A DNA stretch of 62,162 nt from Eubacteriales bacterium (GTDB lineage: Bacteria > Bacillota > Clostridia > Oscillospirales > CAG-272): positions 1 to 62,162 of the forward strand of contig JAZSEC010000010.1 in the NCBI GenBank assembly GCA_045531485.1, read 5' to 3'. A model generated the notes under the pieces. That model did no database searches. It saw nothing but the letters and a program-made list of their open reading frames with translations, and was not told the origin of the DNA. The position numbers and the translations under genes were made by a program. Below are positions 41,519 through 48,047 of the stretch, one piece after another. Position 1 is the first letter of the stretch. Each line of letters begins with the position of its first letter.

Positions 41519-43288
41519 ATGGTAAATCTTAAAGCTAAACCCTATTGTCTGTCGGACAGCGACATAGCATGGGTACAGCAGACCATTGCTGACATGACCC
41601 CCGAAGAAAAGGTTGGTCAGCTCTTCTTCCAGCTTACCGCAAGTCAGGAGGAGAATTATCTTAAGGAGCTTATGGAAAAGTATCATCTTGGCGGCTGCAG
41701 ATACAACAGTATGCCCGGTGAGAAGGTTCTCGCACAGAACAAGATACTTCAGAAGTATGCAAAGATCCCCGTATTTATCGCATGCAACCCTGAGAAGGGC
41801 GGCGACGGTGTTTGCCCCGACGGTACCACCGTTGGTGCAGGTATCAAGGTGGGTGCTACCGGTAAGACCGAGTACGCCGAGGCGATGGGCCTTGTTTCCG
41901 GTGCACAGATCGCTGCAACCGGCTGTAACATGGCATTTGCTCCCGTCGTAGACATTCTTTATAACCATGAGTGCGAGGAGGTTCTCTCCCGTTCCTTCGG
42001 CAACGATCCCGAGAGAGTTGCCGCTATGGGTAAGGCATACATGGACGGCCTTCACAAGACAGAGGGCGTTGCCGCTACTGCAAAGCACTTCCCCGGAAAC
42101 GGTCAGGACTACCGTGATGCACACATCTCTAACAATATCAATAATTTCGGCCACGATAAGTGGATGGAAACCTACGGGCATGTATACAAGACCCTTATTG
42201 ACGGCGGTCTTGATGCTATCATGGGCGGACATATTCTTATGCCCGAGCTTATGAAGGACGTAAAGCCCGGCATTACCTACGAGGAGATGCTGCCCGCTAC
42301 TCTTTGTTATGAGATTATGACTACTCTTCTCCGTGACGAGCTTGGCTTCAACGGTATGGTAGTTACCGACGCCTCTCACATGGTTGGTATGACCAATCAG
42401 ATGACCCGTCGCGAGATGCTTCCCCTCTCTATCAACGCAGGCTGTGATATGTTCCTCTTCTTCAACGATCCCGACGAGGACTACGGAACCATGCTTGACG
42501 CATATAAGAACGGCATCATTTCCGAGGAGCGTATGGTAGAGGCTCTTACCAGAATTCTCGGCCTTAAGGCTAAGATGGGTCTTAACAAGAAGGCTAAGGA
42601 GGAGCTTTGTCCCGACGGATCCGAGCTTCAATCCATCCTTCACAAGCCCGAGTTCGCTGAGTATGCTCCCAAGATCAGCCGCGACGCGGTTACCCTTGTA
42701 AAGAATCTTGATAAGGACGTCCTTCCCCTCTCTCCCGATAAGACCAAGAGAATTATGATAGTTCCCATCAAGGGCGTGGATAATCCTCTTATGGCTCTGG
42801 CAGCTATGGCTATGGGCGGCGGAATGGCAAGAAAGACCCCTGCCGAGAAGCTTAAGGAAAGACTTGAGGCAAAGGGCTTTGAGGTTCGCATTTACGAAAG
42901 CCCCATCGACAAGATGAAGGCTATGATGGCTAGAGGCGAAAAACCCAGCCTCAACCTCTACTTTGCAGGCAAGCACTCTATCGCAGACTTCGTATCCGAG
43001 CAGGATCTTGTTATCTCGCTCTTCGACGTTATGAACGGACATCCCTCCTTCGGTCTCTCCAAGGGCGGCGGTGAAATTCCCTGGTATGTTCACGAGCTTC
43101 CCGTTGTGGGCATCAGCGTAAACAAGCCCACTATGCTCGCCGACTGTCCTATGCTTCGCACCTACATCAACGCATACGACTCCGCAGATCACACTATGGA
43201 TGCTATCGTTGACGCTCTTGTAACCGGCGACTTCCGCGGCGTGGATCCCATCGACTCTTTCTGCGGCATGTGGGACACCAGAATATAA
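41519..43288 (+). CDS. cytoplasmic GH3 glycoside hydrolase (NagZ-like branch)
   Basis: EEKVGQLF, FAPVVD, RSFGNDP, AKHFPGNG and LRDELGFNGMVVTDA motifs; no signal peptide. Confidence 0.92.
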   Translation: MVNLKAKPYCLSDSDIAWVQQTIADMTPEEKVGQLFFQLTASQEENYLKELMEKYHLGGCRYNSMPGEKVLAQNKILQKYAKIPVFIACNPEKGGDGVCPDGTTVGAGIKVGATGKTEYAEAMGLVSGAQIAATGCNMAFAPVVDILYNHECEEVLSRSFGNDPERVAAMGKAYMDGLHKTEGVAATAKHFPGNGQDYRDAHISNNINNFGHDKWMETYGHVYKTLIDGGLDAIMGGHILMPELMKDVKPGITYEEMLPATLCYEIMTTLLRDELGFNGMVVTDASHMVGMTNQMTRREMLPLSINAGCDMFLFFNDPDEDYGTMLDAYKNGIISEERMVEALTRILGLKAKMGLNKKAKEELCPDGSELQSILHKPEFAEYAPKISRDAVTLVKNLDKDVLPLSPDKTKRIMIVPIKGVDNPLMALAAMAMGGGMARKTPAEKLKERLEAKGFEVRIYESPIDKMKAMMARGEKPSLNLYFAGKHSIADFVSEQDLVISLFDVMNGHPSFGLSKGGGEIPWYVHELPVVGISVNKPTMLADCPMLRTYINAYDSADHTMDAIVDALVTGDFRGVDPIDSFCGMWDTRI

Positions 43289-43314
43289 TAAAACAAACAA
43301 AAAATATAAAATAC

Positions 43315-43345
43315 AAAAAAGGCAGGAGAAATCCTGTCTTTTTTT
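43315..43345 (+). terminator. terminator after the GH3 gene
   Basis: GGCAGGA-GAAA-TCCTGTC followed by T7. Confidence 0.85.
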
Positions 43346-43400
43346 GCTTTATAAAAACCATCATTCCCTCCCCTTCAAGCCCCGTTGCCCATAACAAATC

Positions 43401-43430
43401 AAAAAGCAGACCCCCGAAGGGCCTGCTTTT
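43401..43430. terminator. bidirectional terminator at the islet boundary
   Basis: AAAAAGCAGACCCCCGAAGGGCCTGCTTTT. Confidence 0.75.
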
Positions 43431-43545
43431 CGTTTTGTGAGTAATCTAAAATTTTGATACGATTTTATAATGGGTTCAAATTTTAGAATGATGGGGGCTT
43501 TTGGGGTAAAGATTTGCACCTATTTTTAGTTTGATAAGTTGAAAT

Positions 43546-44430
43546 TCAAATGGTTTCTATTTTTGATAATTTGATAGCCTGCTGTTCTGCTATAGGTAAG
43601 TATTTTTGATAGTATGTGCTATCTGTTACGTTATACTTATTACCCACAAAAACCCATTCGCAGTATTCGTAAAATAAAAAGTATTCAAGTGTATTTAACC
43701 AGTTAGTATACGAAATTCCCTTTTCCTTGAGTAGATTATCATAATAATAATCAATAGCAAAGCTCTTATCTGCGTTTGTCATATAGAAAAGAGCATCTTC
43801 AACCTCTTCGGCATGGGCTATCAATCGTGCAAATGCTGTGGGATACGGCAAAATACCCCCACATTCCCAATCTATCAATACAGCCTTTTCATTACTGCAA
43901 ATAACATTAAACGGCAGCAAATCATCATGACATAGAGTTCGAGGTATAGATTTATACACTCTCAGGAATTTATCATACGCTATTTTTAACTGCGTGTTAT
44001 TTAAGAACTTCCCGCGGTTTTTACGTTGAATTAAACTTTTATTAAAAGAACATTCCAGATAGTCCGTTGCTTCCATTTCCCAGGTTTGTTTCTGTAAAGA
44101 AATCAAAGCATCCAAAACGCACATTAATTTAGTGCGATTGCATCTGCACAAATCTTCACCCTCTATATATTCTAGTAGAAGATATGTTTTTTCGTTAATT
44201 GTTATAACTTGATATAAAGCGGGAACACTCGTTTTTGCAGTAGCAAGGACAGTAGAATAGAGTTCTTGTTCGTTCTCTTTTGCTTCTTTAAGAATGTATT
44301 TGGCGTTATCGGTATCAATTATCCACACTTGATAAGGCTCATTATCTTCTTCATGTTTTAACTGTGTTATGGATGCTTCTTTGGGTATAGAGACAACATC
44401 AATGCGGTCTATAATTTCCTTCAATTCCAC
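43546..44430 (-). CDS. aminoglycoside phosphotransferase / choline kinase-like family protein
   Basis: YILK, LLLEYIEG, TLCHDDLLPFNV (Brenner-type motif) and LIDWE. Confidence 0.85.
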   Translation of the reverse strand: MELKEIIDRIDVVSIPKEASITQLKHEEDNEPYQVWIIDTDNAKYILKEAKENEQELYSTVLATAKTSVPALYQVITINEKTYLLLEYIEGEDLCRCNRTKLMCVLDALISLQKQTWEMEATDYLECSFNKSLIQRKNRGKFLNNTQLKIAYDKFLRVYKSIPRTLCHDDLLPFNVICSNEKAVLIDWECGGILPYPTAFARLIAHAEEVEDALFYMTNADKSFAIDYYYDNLLKEKGISYTNWLNTLEYFLFYEYCEWVFVGNKYNVTDSTYYQKYLPIAEQQAIKLSKIETI

Positions 44431-44470
44431 TTTTTATAACTCCGTCAAATTCTTATTTATCGATAAGTTG

Positions 44471-44499
44471 ATTATACCACAAAATCTAACGATAATCAA
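44471..44499 (-). promoter_or_regulatory. promoter of the phosphotransferase module
   Basis: TTGATT-17 nt-TATAAT with an extended TG. Confidence 0.75.
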
Positions 44500-44520
44500 G
44501 GCGTTTCTTCAGTAAATCAC

Positions 44521-44843
44521 AAATTGAACGATACCCCATAAAGTGAACGAAAGGTGTATAAAGTGAACGATTTATATTTTACGGTAAAAAACAAAAAAGG
44601 CTTGCAAGGACAAAAATTATCCCTGCTAGCCTCAATTTTTACTATAAAATCTATAAAAAAGGGAAAAATACCCCCCATTTTGGCAATAAAAAAGCCATAA
44701 TACCGATATTCTTCATATCAATATTATGGTTTCTTTATGTGAGTAATTGGTGAATAGGATACAAAAATCCTAATGGGTTCATTTTGCAAAATGGGTTCAA
44801 TTTTTATAGAAAATGGGTTCACTTTTTGCAAAAAATGGGTTCA
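44521..44843. repeat. two opposed arrays of short direct repeats (3x TGAACGA on +; 4x TGAACCCAT on -)
   Basis: TGAACGA at 44525/44544/44564; ATGGGTTCA at 44773/44791/44813/44835. Confidence 0.85.
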
Positions 44844-44861
44844 ATTTTAACGATAGGTAGA

Positions 44862-45353
44862 TTAATGATTCGTTATATATTGTTCGATGATTACCGACCA
44901 TTCAGTTTCTCCTGAATAATCGGAATGACCATACTTATAGTGTTCCTTCCCCTTCGGATCTAAAGAATAATAAAACTGACCGTTGGGAGCAATTATATCA
45001 TATCCATTTGGATATACAACACATATAACATATCCTTCATAAGTATAAATCCAATCGACCGGTGCAGGAAAATAAACGACTTCCTGAATAAATGTTAGTG
45101 AAGATATTTCATTCATTAATTCAGATATTTTCTCGCCGTCTTCGGTTAAATTATTTAAAACACACAATGGTGTGTTTTCATCGCGGAGATTTTGTATATC
45201 ACTTTCGGAATATGATTTTTCCAAATAATAGATTTCTGCCTCTAAGGTTTGCCAAGATTCTCCTGAAAAAGCTATATTCTTATCAACTCTACCACAAGAA
45301 CATAAAGACAATGCTATCGCAAATAATAGTATTGAAGTTATCAGTTTTTTCAT
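44862..45353 (-). CDS. hypothetical lipoprotein
   Basis: Lipobox LCSC; ATGA overlap with the upstream four-helix-bundle gene. Confidence 0.8.
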   Translation of the reverse strand: MKKLITSILLFAIALSLCSCGRVDKNIAFSGESWQTLEAEIYYLEKSYSESDIQNLRDENTPLCVLNNLTEDGEKISELMNEISSLTFIQEVVYFPAPVDWIYTYEGYVICVVYPNGYDIIAPNGQFYYSLDPKGKEHYKYGHSDYSGETEWSVIIEQYITNH

Positions 45354-45697
45354 TTTCCATTCTCCTTTAGAGTTTTACAACTTGAAATAAGCATACGTCT
45401 GATTCTACCGCACAGATTTCGATGGTTTTTGTATGTTTCTTCATCAATGCCATTTGTATTAAACAGTAGCTGTAACCAGCCTTCCGTTTCACTACATTCT
45501 TTGAGTGCAATTTCAAATTTTGAAAGCATATCTGCTTTACTTTGACCGTAATTTGCCTCACGGATATTGGCATAAACACTACTTGAACTTTTTCGAATTT
45601 GAAAAAGTGTGTTTGACGGCGCTTTAATGCTTTGGCACATCAATTCAATATCAGTCGCAAGCTGTTCGGAATATATCAACAAATAATTCTTTGACAT
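45350..45697 (-). CDS. four-helix-bundle protein (23S rRNA intervening-sequence protein / bAvd-like family)
   Basis: QIRKSSSSVYANIREA...SKADMLSKFEIALKECSETEGWLQLL signature; 115 aa. Confidence 0.9.
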   Translation of the reverse strand: MSKNYLLIYSEQLATDIELMCQSIKAPSNTLFQIRKSSSSVYANIREANYGQSKADMLSKFEIALKECSETEGWLQLLFNTNGIDEETYKNHRNLCGRIRRMLISSCKTLKENGK

Positions 45698-45717
45698 AAT
45701 ATCACCTCTTTAAGTGT

Positions 45718-45746
45718 ATTATACCACATTCTAACATTAAAATCAA
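45718..45746 (-). promoter_or_regulatory. promoter of the four-helix-bundle / lipoprotein module
   Basis: TTGATT-17 nt-TATAAT with an extended TG; homologous to 44471-44499. Confidence 0.75.
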
Positions 45747-45932
45747 GGCGTGAGCCTTGTATATCATCAATTTCGCAGAAATTGCATATCATCCGTCCAA
45801 AAACGAGTATATCTCGCTTTTGGACGAGTATATCATCAAGTCGCAGAGGAATACACCTTCGGTGATGATATACTCGCCTGAGGCGAGATGATATACGCCT
45901 TGCGGCGATGATATACCAAGTCTGCGACTTGG
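45744..45932. repeat. symmetric multi-hairpin element with six GYATATCATC/GATGATATAC motifs
   Basis: Forward motifs at 45759, 45784 and 45828; inverted motifs at 45864, 45887 and 45907; short hairpins in between. Confidence 0.9.
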
Positions 45933-45934
45933 AT

Positions 45935-45970
45935 AAAAAAATAGTGCAGAAAAGTGTATCCTTTTCTGCA
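45935..45970 (-). terminator. tRNA-Leu terminator
   Basis: On the - strand, TGCAGAAAAG-GATACA-CTTTTCTGCA followed by CTATTTTTTT. Confidence 0.8.
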
Positions 45971-45978
45971 GTATTTTT

Positions 45979-46063
45979 TGGTGCGGATGACGGGACTTGA
46001 ACCCACATGAATTGCTTCACTGGAACCTGAAACCAGCGCGTCTGCCAATTCCGCCACATCCGC
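45979..46063 (-). tRNA. tRNA-Leu(CAG)
   Basis: GCGGATGTGGCGGAATTGGCAGACGCGCTGGTTTCAGGTTCCAGTGAAGCAATTCATGTGGGTTCAAGTCCCGTCATCCGCACCA: 85 nt, long variable arm, anticodon loop TT-CAG-GT, encoded CCA. Confidence 0.96.
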
Positions 46064-46097
46064 TTATTTCGAGGCTTCATTTTCTGAAGCCTCGATT

Positions 46098-46126
46098 ATT
46101 ATATCATATCGCCTTTAAATTGTCAA
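46098..46126 (-). promoter_or_regulatory. sigma-A promoter of tRNA-Leu
   Basis: TTGACA-17 nt-TATAAT with an extended TG. Confidence 0.8.
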
Positions 46127-46136
46127 GCGAATTTTG

Positions 46137-47939
46137 TTATTTTGCCTGAGAGTTGTAAATTTCTCTGAACTTAGCGATACAAGCCGCAAAGTCCTCGATA
46201 GCTCCGTCTACTACTTTGGGATCACTCATATCGATGCCCGCAACGAGAAGGGACTCGAGAGGCGACTTAGAGCCACCGCACTTAAGGAAGTCAATATACT
46301 GACCAACGTAGGATGCTCCCTCGGTTTCAATACGCTTTACGATCGCACTGGCAGCCGAGATACAGGTAGCATACTTATAAACGTAGAAGTTGGAGAAGAA
46401 GTGAGGAATACGCATCCACTCGTAAGCGATCTGCTTATCCTTCCAAACCTTAGGACCGAAGTAATCCTTAATAAGCTTCATATACACCTTATTAAGCACC
46501 TCGGCGGTAAGGGGCTCGCCCTTCTCACAGAGAGCATGTGCCTTCTTCTCAAACTCGGCAAACATGGTCTGGCGATAAAGAGTACCCTTATAGGTTTCCA
46601 TAAGGCCGTCGAGAATGGAAAGCTTCTCAGCGTCGCTCTTACACTCCTCAAGCTTTCTATGAGCGAGAAGAAGCTCGTTTACAGTAGAGGCAACCTCTGC
46701 TACGAAGATGGTATAATCGGAGTTATGAGGCTCGTTATACTTTCTGGAGAAGTAGGAATGCATAGAGTGTCCAGCCTCGTGAGCGAGGGTGGAAACGTCA
46801 TCGAAGGTGTCGGTGTAGTTAAGGAGAATATAAGGCTCGGTTGCGGGACAGCCTGCACTGAAGGCACCGCCACGCTTACCCTTAGAGGGATATACGTCTA
46901 CCCAGCCCTTTTCCTTAAGGCCCGCGGTAAGAGTGCTGTGATACTCCTCGCCGAATATCTTAACCGTTTCAAGAACCTCCTCAACAGCCTGGTCGTAGGT
47001 GTACTTGCTCTCGCATTCGCCGATAAGGGGAGCGTAAACGTCATACATGTGAAGTCTGTCAAGACCGAGAACCTCTCTCTTAAGCTCGTAGTAATCGTGA
47101 ATTACAGGCAGAGATGCACGAACGGACTTGATAAGGTTGTTATAAATTACGGGAGTAACCTCGTCACGGAAGGTAGAGGCTTCAAGAGAACTCTTGAAAT
47201 TGTGAAGCTTAGAGAGTGTACGTCTTTCCTTAACGTATCCCTCGTACATATTGGCAAAGGTGTTGCCGAACTGACCGTAGGTCTTATATAAGCAGTTGAA
47301 GGCGGCACGTCTTACGTTACGCTCAGGCTTCATAAGCATGGGAACGTAGTTGGTGTCGGTGAGCTGCATGTACTTACCGTTTTCGTCACGGATCTTGCCA
47401 AATTGTAAATCCGCGTTTGCAAAAATGCCACGGATTCCACCGTGAGAGCCAAGGGCGTCACCCATATTAGCAATAAGCCTTTCACACTCGTCGCTGAGTG
47501 TATGAGGCTTCTGACGCATAACCATGTGAAGAGTACGGCGGAAGGTCTCAAGACCGGGCTCCTCCTTGATCCACTCCTCAACGGTAGCCTCGTCAAGACG
47601 AAGGATATAGGGACTTACAAACCAGCCTGCAGCAGACGCGGAGATAGCAAGCGAACGAACCTTACCTGCTCTCGCCTGATACATATTATTGGCGTTGTCG
47701 GTTTCAAAATGAAGCTCGGCGTATGTCCAGAGCTTGCTGATGATGTAATCAAGCTTCGCCTCGTCCTTAAGAACTGCAAGCAGTCCCTGAGCACTCTCGG
47801 TCATAGTTTTCTGATGAGCGGGAAAGGCCTTAACAATAGCCTCAACCTCCTCAAAATCCGCCTTAAAAGCCTCCTCAGTGGGATATATTTTAGTCAGATC
47901 CCATTTATACTTGGGATCTATATCTTTTCTTTCAAGCAT
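46137..47939 (-). CDS. pepF: oligoendopeptidase F (M3B)
   Basis: YKWDL, WVDVYPSKGKRGGAFS, TLAHEAGHSMHS, FVAEVAST, WMRIPHFF; ATG at 47939. Confidence 0.96.
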   Translation of the reverse strand: MLERKDIDPKYKWDLTKIYPTEEAFKADFEEVEAIVKAFPAHQKTMTESAQGLLAVLKDEAKLDYIISKLWTYAELHFETDNANNMYQARAGKVRSLAISASAAGWFVSPYILRLDEATVEEWIKEEPGLETFRRTLHMVMRQKPHTLSDECERLIANMGDALGSHGGIRGIFANADLQFGKIRDENGKYMQLTDTNYVPMLMKPERNVRRAAFNCLYKTYGQFGNTFANMYEGYVKERRTLSKLHNFKSSLEASTFRDEVTPVIYNNLIKSVRASLPVIHDYYELKREVLGLDRLHMYDVYAPLIGECESKYTYDQAVEEVLETVKIFGEEYHSTLTAGLKEKGWVDVYPSKGKRGGAFSAGCPATEPYILLNYTDTFDDVSTLAHEAGHSMHSYFSRKYNEPHNSDYTIFVAEVASTVNELLLAHRKLEECKSDAEKLSILDGLMETYKGTLYRQTMFAEFEKKAHALCEKGEPLTAEVLNKVYMKLIKDYFGPKVWKDKQIAYEWMRIPHFFSNFYVYKYATCISAASAIVKRIETEGASYVGQYIDFLKCGGSKSPLESLLVAGIDMSDPKVVDGAIEDFAACIAKFREIYNSQAK

Positions 47940-48047
47940 ATTATTGTTTCCTTTCTGAAAATAATTACCTTTATATAGTATCATAAAATATGGAAAAAAT
48001 CAATAGAAAAGAGAGGTTTTTAGGCCTCTCTTTACAATTTATTAAAT

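Larger units (their letters stand above)
43436..45932. mobile_element. AT-rich tRNA-Leu-adjacent islet made of two tandem cassette-like modules, with no recombinase
   Basis: Visibly AT-richer than the flanks; abuts the tRNA terminator; duplicated boundary motif (43436, 44738) and duplicated promoter block (44471, 45718). Confidence 0.65.

Noticed and set aside
43436-43478. Group IIC intron 5' end after a terminator
   Set aside because: The sequence is GTGAGT rather than GTGCG, and there is no domain V or RT ORF.
43546-44430. Bona fide aminoglycoside resistance gene
   Set aside because: Only superfamily motifs are visible; the substrate cannot be inferred.
45350-45697. Diversity-generating retroelement suggested by the Avd-like gene
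   Set aside because: There is no reverse transcriptase in the window, and I found no TR/VR pair with adenine-specific differences.
45792-45802. TCCGTCCAAAA shared with the 171-bp repeat unit
   Set aside because: A single 11-bp match with no flanking similarity; plausibly chance.
43380-45981. Classical tRNA-targeted island with a duplicated tRNA 3' end
   Set aside because: I found no second copy of the tRNA-Leu 3' sequence at the distal boundary and no integrase.
45676-46080. 134-aa and 73-aa ORFs spanning the tRNA
   Set aside because: They are translations of the tRNA and the adjacent palindromic element.
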